Shown here: positions 14,403-23,193 of the stretch, piece by piece
Layout of the letters: every line of letters starts with the position of its first letter
How positions within the stretch are numbered: the stretch's first letter is position 1
IMG/VR virus record: IMGVR_UViG_3300034146_000005
Location: 1-45,020 of that record
Origin: a virus
Strand: one strand, 5' to 3'
Length of the DNA: 45,020 bases
Notes under the pieces: generated by a model
The model's input: the letters and a program-made list of their open reading frames with translations, nothing else
Databases searched by the model: none
What the model was told of the DNA's origin: nothing
Program-made: the position numbers and the translations under genes

Positions 14403-15481
14403 CATATATAGTTCCTTGCATTAAGAGTGTCTCTGCTAGGCTAACGACCGAAGCAGATATGCATCTGCCAGCTTACGACAATACGAAGCTCACAGCTATC
14501 AACACATGTCCAACATGGGGTATCCTCCGATACTCTATGCACAAAGTCATGTCCAAAGGTGGACGGGCTATGCCTCTAGAGATGGGGAGTGCAGCACATG
14601 AAGTGTTCGCAGCGGTGCGCTTGTGGCAGCTTCGTGAGTATCAACAACTCCCCGATCTTGCGGACTTTCATGGGCCGAGACTTTTTGGAGCTACACGATA
14701 CGATGCGATGTTATCGTCTGTCGATAGATCAGAAGATCCTCGTGTCCAATCACTTGCCTTCTGCCTCACTGCTCTTGAGACTTCAGGATTCCACGACGAT
14801 CCGAGTGATCGCAGAAGGACAATGACAAATCTAGAGGAGGCTTGCATTGCGTATATTGATAGATGGGACTGGAATAGAATGCCCGTGTGGATCAGAGACG
14901 CAACTGACCCTCAGTCTGACATCGGCATCGAACTACCGTTTGACATTGTTCTGTCCTTCGTGCTTGACAACGGAGATACCCGCGAATATAGATTCATCGG
15001 AAAGGCAGACGGCCTTCATTGCCGCTCTGATACCGTCTATCTACACGAGAACAAGACAGCTAGCCGATTGGATGAGGCTTGGTCACAGTCATTCTTACTC
15101 TCAAGTCAAATCACTGGTTACTGTTTCGCTCTCTCCCTATGGGCCGGACAGCCAATCGAGCGAGCAGAAATCTTTGGAATGAGTGTTCCGCTTCCTAAGA
15201 ACTATGACTTTGGAGGGTTGGTACGAGAGAGTGTCACGCGGTACTCACATCATTTTGAGCGTTGGTTCAATTGGTTTCTTCATACTGTCGAGCTTGAACG
15301 GGCCTACGAAAACAACCCGATTGATGCTCCTAAGTATACTCATAGCTGCAACCGCTATTTCCGTCCCTGCTCGATGATTCCATTCTGTGATGCAGAGGAT
15401 GATGAACAGAAACTCATGTTGACTGAAATGTATGAGGAAGAATGGAGTCCTCTACATGAAGTCAATGCTGGAGGTGACTAA
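14399..15481 (+). CDS. PD-(D/E)XK exonuclease, Cas4/RecB-like with Cys cluster
   Basis: FIGKADGL (motif II Asp), YLHENKT (ExK), SSQITGY (QxxxY). One N-terminal Cys (INTCP) plus C-terminal C-x6-C-x5-C (HSCNRYFRPCSMIPFC), as in Fe-S Cas4-type nucleases. Confidence 0.7.
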   Translation: MTYIVPCIKSVSARLTTEADMHLPAYDNTKLTAINTCPTWGILRYSMHKVMSKGGRAMPLEMGSAAHEVFAAVRLWQLREYQQLPDLADFHGPRLFGATRYDAMLSSVDRSEDPRVQSLAFCLTALETSGFHDDPSDRRRTMTNLEEACIAYIDRWDWNRMPVWIRDATDPQSDIGIELPFDIVLSFVLDNGDTREYRFIGKADGLHCRSDTVYLHENKTASRLDEAWSQSFLLSSQITGYCFALSLWAGQPIERAEIFGMSVPLPKNYDFGGLVRESVTRYSHHFERWFNWFLHTVELERAYENNPIDAPKYTHSCNRYFRPCSMIPFCDAEDDEQKLMLTEMYEEEWSPLHEVNAGGD

Positions 15482-15642
15482 TGCTTGATACAGCAGTTGA
15501 TATAGCAGCCGGTGCTACCTTTCTGGGAGTAGTCGGTGTGGTTATTCTTATGGTATCAGGTCTATTCATGTCTGATCCATTATCCACAATTGTAGACCTA
15601 TCCAAGTATGATGAGTACGAGGAAACAACTGATGGAAATTGA
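15481..15642 (+). CDS. Possible 53-aa membrane protein, not in the ORF track
   Basis: TAATG coupling. MLDTAVDIAAGATFLGVVGVVILMVSGLFMS... has one TM segment. It overlaps the annotated start of the next gene by 35 nt, so one of the two starts is wrong. Confidence 0.35.
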   Translation: MLDTAVDIAAGATFLGVVGVVILMVSGLFMSDPLSTIVDLSKYDEYEETTDGN

Positions 15643-16435
15643 CCTTGGTGGTGGCTTGCAGATCAAGTCAGCAGCAGAAGCAAACACACGTTTGTCTATG
15701 CTGATATGGGGACCAGCCGGTTGTGGTAAGACAGTTCTAGCTGCATCTGCTCCGGGCAAGAAGCTTCTCATCAACTTCGATCCTGATGGTCCAACTTCTC
15801 TTGGTCCTCGTGATGATGTGTTGATCCTTGATCTGAGCAATCAGAAACATACGATCACAGAGAAGTTCAAGACGGACGATCCATTCAATTTGAGTAAGGT
15901 ATTGGGTGATGAGTCAAACGGAATTGATACAGTCATCGTTGACAGCCTCACTTCGTATTCACAGTATGCTGTTGAGACTGGTATCTCAATCACAAAAGGA
16001 GCTACTATCGAGCGACCCTCGCCGGGAGCTTACGGAGCACGAAATGCTCTTACTCTCAGACTTGTCGCGAGCCTCTTACGACTTACGGGTAAGTATGGAA
16101 AACACTGCATCTTCATTACACATGAGGATGGTCCCACAACAGACGACAACGGAAACGTCCTCTACATAACAATGATGCTCGGTGGTAAGCTGCCTGATCA
16201 AGCTGCTCTTCAAATCTCTGAAGTGTGGTTCATGCAGGACACTGGCAAAGAGCGCCGCATACTTGTTCGTGCTGGTCGTAACCGCAAGCCGATGAAATCA
16301 CGTATGTTTGACACAAGCAAGAAGATCGAGTATGTAAGTAACTACGATCCCGCTGATCCTTTTGGCAAACATTCCATAGCAAGTTTCTATCAGGAGTGGA
16401 TAGACAATGGCAGACAAAAGATCCAAGTCCCGTAA
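15608..16435 (+). CDS. AAA_24 / Sak4-like RecA-fold ATPase (recombination)
   Basis: Walker A LIWGPAGCGKT and Walker B TVIVDSLT. About 275 aa, in the typical position upstream of a DUF669-like gene. The start may be the ATG at 15632. Confidence 0.75.
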   Translation: MMSTRKQLMEIDLGGGLQIKSAAEANTRLSMLIWGPAGCGKTVLAASAPGKKLLINFDPDGPTSLGPRDDVLILDLSNQKHTITEKFKTDDPFNLSKVLGDESNGIDTVIVDSLTSYSQYAVETGISITKGATIERPSPGAYGARNALTLRLVASLLRLTGKYGKHCIFITHEDGPTTDDNGNVLYITMMLGGKLPDQAALQISEVWFMQDTGKERRILVRAGRNRKPMKSRMFDTSKKIEYVSNYDPADPFGKHSIASFYQEWIDNGRQKIQVP

Positions 16436-16940
16436 GGGCAAGGATACTTCTCATGTTGAGGCGAATGAGAAGTCAACACAAGAAGCCTCAGTTGCAACTG
16501 AACGTAAGGAAACTAGAATGGCAGATAACAACGGCGTTGGAAGCATTATCGAGTTCAGCGAGGACATCTCTACGGCAGAGGCTCCTGTTCCTCTTCCTGT
16601 TGGAGAGTATCCGGCTGAAATTCGTGGTGCCGAAGCGCGTACTAGTGCAAAGGGCAATAGGTATGCAGCGGTGAGTTTCTTCATTGCACCTGAAGCGTAC
16701 CCGGCTGACTACTCCGAGGGCGACCCGGACGGGCAGGTGCTGGTGTTCCAGCGTCTCAGCCTTGAGGACTCCCCTGCGGCCCGTCACAGGCTCCGTAAGT
16801 TCTGTGAGGCTGTGGGAGCCAAGGCAGGCACCAAGATCGACCTGAACGAGTGGGTGGGCCTCAGCGCCACTGTATCCGTGACCCATGACACCTATGAGGG
16901 TGAGACGCGGGCCGCGATCCAGAAGGTTGTTGCCCCCTAA
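16407..16940 (+). CDS. DUF669-like protein (possible ssDNA-binding partner of Sak4)
   Basis: LPVGEYPAEIRGAEARTSAKGNRYAAVSFFI fits the DUF669 core, and synteny with AAA_24 supports it. Two ATGGCAGAYAA starts (16407 and 16518). G+C jumps at about 16675. Confidence 0.5.
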   Translation: MADKRSKSRKGKDTSHVEANEKSTQEASVATERKETRMADNNGVGSIIEFSEDISTAEAPVPLPVGEYPAEIRGAEARTSAKGNRYAAVSFFIAPEAYPADYSEGDPDGQVLVFQRLSLEDSPAARHRLRKFCEAVGAKAGTKIDLNEWVGLSATVSVTHDTYEGETRAAIQKVVAP

Positions 16941-17037
16941 TGACTGTCGGGGTGCTTTTTGTTGTTGACAAGGGGCACCCCAACGACTACACCTTTACCT
17001 GTCCCAAGCGGACGCAATCTAGAAGAGGACATATCAC

Positions 17038-17313
17038 ATGGCAGAAGCCCCTACCCCCGCCGCCTCCACCGCCGACACCCCCAAGAAGCGCCGCAAGCCT
17101 CAGGGCCCGCGCCAGCTTAAGCCGATGTTCGCTGTTGTCACCTATCAGGATGAGAACGGTAACGAAGTAGCTCTCAACAAGGGCGGTATTCGTATTCGTC
17201 TTGAGCGTGATGCTGCGAAGCTTCTTGAGATGGTCACTAGCGAAGGTGTTGGATCGGCTGCGGTTGTTCGTGTTGAACTTCCGGCCGCTGCTCCGAAGCC
17301 GGCTGCTTCGTAA
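17038..17313 (+). CDS. Hypothetical basic/Ala-Pro-rich protein (91 aa), moron-like cassette
   Basis: GC-rich ORF bracketed by an upstream hairpin with a TTGACA-N17-TACACC element (16950-16995) and a downstream terminator (17339-17372). Confidence 0.6.
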   Translation: MAEAPTPAASTADTPKKRRKPQGPRQLKPMFAVVTYQDENGNEVALNKGGIRIRLERDAAKLLEMVTSEGVGSAAVVRVELPAAAPKPAAS

Positions 17314-17338
17314 GGTCCACCACTTACGAAGCTAGGAA

Positions 17339-17372
17339 GGGGTCAGGTGGAAACATCTGGCCCCTTTCTTTT
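17339..17372 (+). terminator. Rho-independent terminator
   Basis: GGGGTCAG gtggaaacat CTGGCCCC (8-bp stem, one G-U pair) followed by TTTCTTTT, 26 nt after the stop at 17313. Confidence 0.75.
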
Positions 17373-17412
17373 GATCCGTTCGGAACCATAGCAGCATGAG
17401 GGCGTTGTTACT

Positions 17413-17673
17413 ATGTCGCAGCATGATACAAGAATACAAATCACAATTCCCTTCCCATCATATATCCCAAGGGCAAGAGGAATACATGCTGTAGGCAAGT
17501 TTGGTACACAGTTCAAAGCCAAGTGCAGTCTAACTGAAAAGGAAATTGTGGATAAAGCAGCAGATGCCATTGGCATTACTTCATCAGAGTTTGTTAGATG
17601 GTGTGTTGTGAAGTCCGCAGAGGAGGTGTTAAATGTTCCATGTTCTGAACAGGATCGACCGGAAGCTTCGTGA
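17413..17673 (+). CDS. Hypothetical protein (86 aa), possible small DNA-binding protein
   Basis: C-terminal ...AADAIGITSSEFVRWCVVKSAEEVL resembles RHH/MobC-type helices. Weak. Confidence 0.5.
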   Translation: MSQHDTRIQITIPFPSYIPRARGIHAVGKFGTQFKAKCSLTEKEIVDKAADAIGITSSEFVRWCVVKSAEEVLNVPCSEQDRPEAS

Positions 17674-17878
17674 GCGTGTTGAGCATGTTGCTCGGACTGC
17701 TGCTCAGTTCGGGGAACAGGGTGTTACGGAGTGGGCGGAGCGTGCTGCACGAGATGCAGTTGCGCTGGGCCATCTTCGTGAACGCGATGTAAGGACGCTT
17801 GAGCGTCTAGAGGACACTTTCAGCCATGACTTCTACAGAGGCAATTGCCGATCAGGGAGCGATCCCATTTACGCTTGA
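17633..17878 (+). CDS. Hypothetical Arg/Glu-rich helical protein (81 aa)
   Basis: ATG ORF overlapping both neighbours (41 nt upstream, 53 nt downstream). GC-rich. Confidence 0.45.
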   Translation: MFHVLNRIDRKLRERVEHVARTAAQFGEQGVTEWAERAARDAVALGHLRERDVRTLERLEDTFSHDFYRGNCRSGSDPIYA

Positions 17879-19133
17879 TCCCAAGCAACAAGAAGCGGTC
17901 AACCTGTGCACTGATACTACAAAGCGAGTTGTTGGTGTCACAGGTGCCGCCGGTAGTGGTAAGACTACCATTCTCAAACAATCTTACCAAGCTCTAGTAG
18001 ACGCCGGATACAATGTTGCTTTGGCCGCCCCCACTGGAAAGGCGGCCAAACGCATTTATGAGGTCACTGGTATCGAGGCCATGACCAATCATCGGCTTCT
18101 TGAGTACACGCATCCAGGTGATCCAGACCCCAAGATTGGTAGACCTGTTCAGTTCTCTTATCCGCGTCGTACTCGTTCCAATCCCCTTGAAATTGATGTG
18201 CTGTTTGTTGACGAGTACGCTATGGTCAACAATGAGATTCATCGTTCGCTGTTTGACGCGCTGCCCAATGGTGCGTGTATTCGTGTGTTCGGTGACAACA
18301 ACCAGCTACAGCCGATCGAGGAAGATCAGAACGCTAGAGACCAGCCGTCTCCATTCATGCAACTCTTGGCGAAGTTTCCATCTGTTGTGTTGGAGACTGT
18401 TCATAGACAGGGGAAAGATAGTGGCATATTGCTCAATCTGCAAAGTATCCTCAGAGGTAGGATGCCAACACGTAATGACCAGTGGAGTATGCACTTCACG
18501 GACCAACCCGTCAATGCATTGCGTGACTATATCCTTGAGTCCGTGGACAATGGAGTGGATTTTACAGCCAGTGAGAACCAAATCCTCACCCCGCAGAACA
18601 CATCTTGGGTGGGGACGGTTAAACTAAACACAATGATCCAATCTCTGTTCCATAACAGGATGGAGCCAGCGTGTCTAGTACCCCGTCACAAGTGGGTGAA
18701 AGGTGAAGGCGATGAAAAGGGCGGTGTTATTCGCATGTTTGTGGGTGATAAAGTCATTGTCACTTCTAACATGTATGATCTTGCTGTATTTAATGGAGAA
18801 ACTGGCAAGATTATCGAAATCACCAGTGATGGAGAACTCATTATCGATTTTGGGGATCGAGAGCAAGCAATCCCACCAATTCTCATGGTGCAAAATAGAT
18901 ACGGCAAGATCGTCGAGATTGACCCACGAAAGAGTATTGATCTTGGATACGCAATCACGACACACAAGTCTCAAGGATCAGAGTATCGTCGTCTCGTATA
19001 CGTTCTAAACAAGTCAACAGGATTTATGCAGAACCGACGCAACTTCTACACTGCCTGTTCTCGTGGTCGTGAGCATGTTCACATCATCACGGATCAGCGT
19101 AGTCTTGGTACTTCACTTCATAAGATGGGATAA
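17826..19133 (+). CDS. SF1B DNA helicase (RecD/Dda-like)
   Basis: Motif I VTGAAGSGKTT, motif II LFVDEYAMV, motif III VFGDNNQLQPI, motifs V/VI AITTHKSQGSEYRRLVYV. Confidence 0.85.
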   Translation: MTSTEAIADQGAIPFTLDPKQQEAVNLCTDTTKRVVGVTGAAGSGKTTILKQSYQALVDAGYNVALAAPTGKAAKRIYEVTGIEAMTNHRLLEYTHPGDPDPKIGRPVQFSYPRRTRSNPLEIDVLFVDEYAMVNNEIHRSLFDALPNGACIRVFGDNNQLQPIEEDQNARDQPSPFMQLLAKFPSVVLETVHRQGKDSGILLNLQSILRGRMPTRNDQWSMHFTDQPVNALRDYILESVDNGVDFTASENQILTPQNTSWVGTVKLNTMIQSLFHNRMEPACLVPRHKWVKGEGDEKGGVIRMFVGDKVIVTSNMYDLAVFNGETGKIIEITSDGELIIDFGDREQAIPPILMVQNRYGKIVEIDPRKSIDLGYAITTHKSQGSEYRRLVYVLNKSTGFMQNRRNFYTACSRGREHVHIITDQRSLGTSLHKMG

Positions 19134-19134
19134 G

Positions 19135-19404
19135 ATGGTGTATACAGAGACGGAACTCAAAAGTCTGTTTGAGCACGCAGAGAAACGAGTGAGATTCGTT
19201 CATATCTTTCTGGCTGATGGAGCCGAAGGAGAGGTCGCAGCTTTTATCATGCCAATTACTTGTGATAATGAAGCTCCTATTGCCATACCATTGTCAATGG
19301 AAATGCTCGATGTTGCTGTGAAACAACTACAAGAATTGCGTCCGAGCGTAACATATAGTAACGAGGCCATTGAAGTAGGAGCAAACGAACATGGTCCAAA
19401 CTGA
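19135..19404 (+). CDS. Hypothetical protein (89 aa)
   Basis: Track ORF 19063..19404 trimmed to the ATG at 19135, 1 nt after the helicase stop. Confidence 0.55.
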   Translation: MVYTETELKSLFEHAEKRVRFVHIFLADGAEGEVAAFIMPITCDNEAPIAIPLSMEMLDVAVKQLQELRPSVTYSNEAIEVGANEHGPN

Positions 19405-20056
19405 TACTGATGATACCTTCAAGGGTCGTAAGGTAATCATCTTCAACGGCCCTCCCGGTTCGGGTAAGGACACTGGAGCATTGATTGTCTACAACTATCT
19501 CATGATCCACGCTGAGTATCTCCGTCCTCGACATATCACATTCATGGAGCCTGTGAAGAGAGCAGCACACTCTCTATACAACATTCATGAGTGGCCCCCC
19601 AACTACTTCGATCAACCATACTTCCCTGAGAGACACAAGCAGAAGGACGTACCACATGGTGAGTTCTTTGGTCTCACTCCCAGAGAAGCCTACACACATG
19701 TTGCGGATTGTGCTAAGGGCAAACACGGTGATGAGTTCCTTGGCTTCGTTATGCGGAGACGTATGCGACAGTCAAGTGGCTGCATGGTGTTCATAATCAG
19801 TGACTGTGGTTTCATCGAAGAGTTGGCCCCTGTTGTCAGACTCGTTGGAGAGAGCAATGTTCTTTTCATCGAGTTGGTGGCAGCAGGGAAGAACTATGAC
19901 AATGACGTCCGAGAAGATCTGCGAGTTGATGTAGCTGCTCGGTTCCCCAAGGTGAAGATCCAACGTATCATGAATGACTTCGATGATAAGGAGTTGTTCA
20001 GGATCTATTGTCATGGGGCTGTCAAAGCTTTCCTTGATATACAGGAGAAAGACTAG
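19391..20056 (+). CDS. P-loop kinase, dNMP-kinase-like
   Basis: VIIFNGPPGSGKDT Walker A near the N-terminus of a ~220-aa protein, as in phage deoxynucleoside monophosphate kinases. Confidence 0.55.
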   Translation: MVQTDTDDTFKGRKVIIFNGPPGSGKDTGALIVYNYLMIHAEYLRPRHITFMEPVKRAAHSLYNIHEWPPNYFDQPYFPERHKQKDVPHGEFFGLTPREAYTHVADCAKGKHGDEFLGFVMRRRMRQSSGCMVFIISDCGFIEELAPVVRLVGESNVLFIELVAAGKNYDNDVREDLRVDVAARFPKVKIQRIMNDFDDKELFRIYCHGAVKAFLDIQEKD

Positions 20057-20239
20057 ATGGCAATAGAGCGAGACGATAGTGGCTACATCGTGTTGCGCTG
20101 TGATGGTCCTAAGTGTCACGAGTTTGAAGAGACACATTGCCAGAACTTCAGTGCAGCTATGGCGAAAGCTAAATCCCACGGATGGATCAATCGCAAGGTT
20201 GGTGATGAGTGGGAAAACGTATGTCGGGATTGTATATAA
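20057..20239 (+). CDS. Small Cys-rich protein (60 aa)
   Basis: CDGPKC...C...CRDC, a possible zinc ribbon. TAATG coupling into the polymerase gene. Confidence 0.55.
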   Translation: MAIERDDSGYIVLRCDGPKCHEFEETHCQNFSAAMAKAKSHGWINRKVGDEWENVCRDCI

Positions 20240-22713
20240 TGGCACAGACAATCGCAGAGATAAATCGTGAGATACAACTCCGTGCTAAGCAACTCGGTTT
20301 AGAAGTGGACTGTGGTTGTGATGGTGCGTTCAATGCAGAGATTGCTGTCATTGCAGAGGCACCGGGCGAACGAGAGCGTATCTTGAAGATGCCTCTTGTT
20401 GGTCGGTCTGGACAGTATCTGTGGAACAATCTGCGTGGATATGGTATCAACAGGCGACAGGTCTACATCAGCAATGTTATCAAACGTCAGTTAGTTAGTG
20501 TTGCTGGTGCAAAGGGCAAGAAGGATATTGGTCATGGAGAAGTATCGCATTATACGAGCATACTCTTGTGGGAGCTTAATCAGCTTCCTAATCTTAAATA
20601 TATTGTATGTCTTGGCAACTATTCGCTGCAAGCAATTACTGGACTATCTGGAATTACTAGTTATCGCGGCAGTGTTATGGATGTTCAGCTTCCTGCGGGC
20701 CATGATCGTAGTGCGCGCGACGTTAAAGTCCTAGCTATGTTCAATCCTGCTGCTGTCCTGCATGACAACAAGAACGAACTCATGTTCAAGTTTGATTGCA
20801 AGCGTCTGGACAGTGTACTCAGGGGTACATTCGAAGAGTATCATATCAACCCAATCATCAATCCTACCTTCGATGAGGCGATGGCATGGATTGAGAAGAT
20901 GAGAACTGAGGGGAAACCCGTTGGCCTTGACATTGAAACTTCATCAGGTGAGACAATTTGCATCGGTCTTGCAAACGATCCACACGAAGGAATGTGTATT
21001 AACTTCCGTACTGGAACTGCTAACAGGTGGACAGTACCACAAGAAATGCAATTGTGGAGGGCGATCCAAAGACTGGTGGATGATCCCAACATTAGACTTG
21101 TCGAACAGAAGGCTATGTATGATAGCAGTTGGCTCTGGTTCCACGATCGAGTTAGAACGTCTCGTGTATGGTTCGACACAATGCTTGCACACCATACCCT
21201 CTATCCCACGATGCCACATAATCTCGGCTTCCTAACAACTCAGTATACTACCCACCCGTACTACAAAGACGAAGGCAAGATCTGGAAGGAGACCGGGGAC
21301 ATCAACGCTGAGTGGATATACAACGTCAAAGATGTGTGTATCATGCTCAAGTGTCAGGAGATGATGCTCAAGGAGCTAGAGGATCAGGGACTTGCTCAGT
21401 TCTTCTTTGAGCATGTGATGCCTCTTCATAGTGAACTTCTCATCATGACTGTTGGTGGTGTTAAGGTAGACATCGCACTCAAAGAGAAGATCGCTGAGGA
21501 GATGAAGCAACAGATAGGAATACTGAGACATGAATACTACAACATGGTTCAATCTTGTACAGGCGATCCTGATCACCGTCCTAACCCTGCAAGTCCCAAA
21601 CAGATGGCTGAACTATTTTTCAAAAGACTACGATTGGTCGGACGCGGAGTTGCCACTGACAAAGAAAATCGTCGTAGAATGCACGATCATCCTCGCACTC
21701 CTGACGATTGTAAGGCTCTGCTTAAACATATAGACAAGATGGCAGAGGAAACAAAGTTCGCTTCAACCTATGCGGAGATGACAATTGACGACGATGGAAG
21801 GGTACGATGCGAGTACAAACAAACGGGTGTACAAAGTGCCCCTGGACGTCTTTCATCAGCTTCAACGGGGTGGGGAACTGGAACTAATCTACAGAACCAG
21901 CCAGAACGTGCTCATAATATGTTCATTGCAGATGAGGGATACGAATTTAATTATTTCGATCTTGGACAAGCCGAAGCGAGAGTAGTTGGCTGGCGTGCCC
22001 CGATCCCCACATGGATGGAACAATTTGAGCAGTCGCGCGTTGATGGTATATTCGATTCTCACCGTGCCCTAGCCTCACAGATGTTTAATATGCCGTATGA
22101 TGAGGTTCCTACAAGTGACTACAATGAGGACGGAACCAAATCCAAACGGTACATTGCCAAGCGTTGTCGTCATGCACTGAACTACCATCTCATGCCTGAT
22201 GGTTTGGCAACACAACTTGAAGTGAGTTATGGTGAGGCTGAGTACCTATGGCATCTCTACCACAAAGTTAATCCTGAGGTTCAGGAGTGGTGGAAGTGGA
22301 CCATCAATGAGTTCAAGACAAAGAGGTACATGCTAAATGCCTTCGGACGACGACTCATCCTCCTCCAACCGTGGGATGATTCACTGGCTCTCACGTACAT
22401 TGCGTTCTATCCTCAGAGTACCATTGGTGATAAGGTTACTCGTATTATCCGCCAGTGTCATAATGATCCCGATTGGCCCACTGGTGAAGCCAGAATTGCT
22501 CTTAATATTCATGACGCTCTCATTGCTCTTAATCGTGTGGGTCATGGCCCCACAGTACGAGCCATAATGAAGCGTTATGCAGAAGAACCCCTTTTCATAG
22601 AAGGGTGTGATGGTCAGGTTAGGGAACTAATCATTCCTGCTGACTTCAAAACCTCCGTGGCCGATGAACACGGAACCCATCGTTGGTCAACGTTGGAGAA
22701 GTGTCGTGTGTGA
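20239..22713 (+). CDS. Family-A DNA polymerase with N-terminal family-4 UDG-like domain and 3'-5' exonuclease domain
   Basis: UDG-like: AVIAEAPGERE...PLVGRSGQYL and MFNPAAVL. Exo: VGLDIETS, KAMYDSSWL, YNVKDV. Pol: motif A FDLGQAEARV, motif B RYIAKRCRHALNY, motif C LNIHDAL. Start moved to the ATG at 20239 (TAATG). Confidence 0.9.
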   Translation: MAQTIAEINREIQLRAKQLGLEVDCGCDGAFNAEIAVIAEAPGERERILKMPLVGRSGQYLWNNLRGYGINRRQVYISNVIKRQLVSVAGAKGKKDIGHGEVSHYTSILLWELNQLPNLKYIVCLGNYSLQAITGLSGITSYRGSVMDVQLPAGHDRSARDVKVLAMFNPAAVLHDNKNELMFKFDCKRLDSVLRGTFEEYHINPIINPTFDEAMAWIEKMRTEGKPVGLDIETSSGETICIGLANDPHEGMCINFRTGTANRWTVPQEMQLWRAIQRLVDDPNIRLVEQKAMYDSSWLWFHDRVRTSRVWFDTMLAHHTLYPTMPHNLGFLTTQYTTHPYYKDEGKIWKETGDINAEWIYNVKDVCIMLKCQEMMLKELEDQGLAQFFFEHVMPLHSELLIMTVGGVKVDIALKEKIAEEMKQQIGILRHEYYNMVQSCTGDPDHRPNPASPKQMAELFFKRLRLVGRGVATDKENRRRMHDHPRTPDDCKALLKHIDKMAEETKFASTYAEMTIDDDGRVRCEYKQTGVQSAPGRLSSASTGWGTGTNLQNQPERAHNMFIADEGYEFNYFDLGQAEARVVGWRAPIPTWMEQFEQSRVDGIFDSHRALASQMFNMPYDEVPTSDYNEDGTKSKRYIAKRCRHALNYHLMPDGLATQLEVSYGEAEYLWHLYHKVNPEVQEWWKWTINEFKTKRYMLNAFGRRLILLQPWDDSLALTYIAFYPQSTIGDKVTRIIRQCHNDPDWPTGEARIALNIHDALIALNRVGHGPTVRAIMKRYAEEPLFIEGCDGQVRELIIPADFKTSVADEHGTHRWSTLEKCRV

Positions 22714-23164
22714 GATTAAACTGAGTAGTGGAAATAAGGCTCTCGTAGACGGCGAACAGTTCGCAAGAGCCTCATTGTATAACTGGCACGAAACAAAGAG
22801 AAACAACACCAGTTATGCAGTGGCTCACATCGATGGCAAAACTGTCTACCTGCATCACTTCATTCTTGGTCTACAAGACCAAGTAGACCACAAAAACAGG
22901 AATGGTTTGGATTGCAGGAAAGAGAATATGCGGTCGGCTAGTCATAGACAAAACGGCCGCAATATTGTACAACCGCAAACAGAGGATGGGACTGGATACA
23001 GAGGTGTATCCAAATCCAGAACTAGGTTTGCTGCTCGTATCCGTGATGAGAATGGATACAAAAAGCATCTTGGAGTTTTCGAAACAGCTGAGGAAGCTGC
23101 TAGAGCTTATGATGCTGCCGCCCGCGAAATACATGGCGAGTTCGCGGTGCTGAATTTCGCCTAG
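22664..23164 (+). CDS. HNH homing endonuclease with C-terminal AP2 DNA-binding domain
   Basis: VDHKNRNGLDCRKENMRSASHRQNGRN (HNH) plus YRGVS...FAARIRDENGYKKHLGVFETAEEAARAYDAAAREIHGEFAVLNF (AP2). The start is either the ATG at 22664 (50-nt overlap with pol) or the GTG at 22706. Confidence 0.85.
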   Translation: MNTEPIVGQRWRSVVCEIKLSSGNKALVDGEQFARASLYNWHETKRNNTSYAVAHIDGKTVYLHHFILGLQDQVDHKNRNGLDCRKENMRSASHRQNGRNIVQPQTEDGTGYRGVSKSRTRFAARIRDENGYKKHLGVFETAEEAARAYDAAAREIHGEFAVLNFA

Positions 23165-23193
23165 ATGGTCAACTCTAAAGAAGGTGAAAGTCG

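Noticed and set aside
19772-20251. 159-aa minus-strand ORF opposite the kinase-like gene; likewise 8328..8792, 11381..11788 and 12609..13010
   Set aside because: These are antisense shadows of plus-strand genes in an arm with no other minus-strand coding and no promoter or SD signals.
20239-23164. Possible intron or intein in polA, given the adjacent HNH endonuclease
   Set aside because: The polymerase ORF is continuous. Exo I-III and Pol A-C motifs appear in normal order and spacing, so the endonuclease is free-standing.
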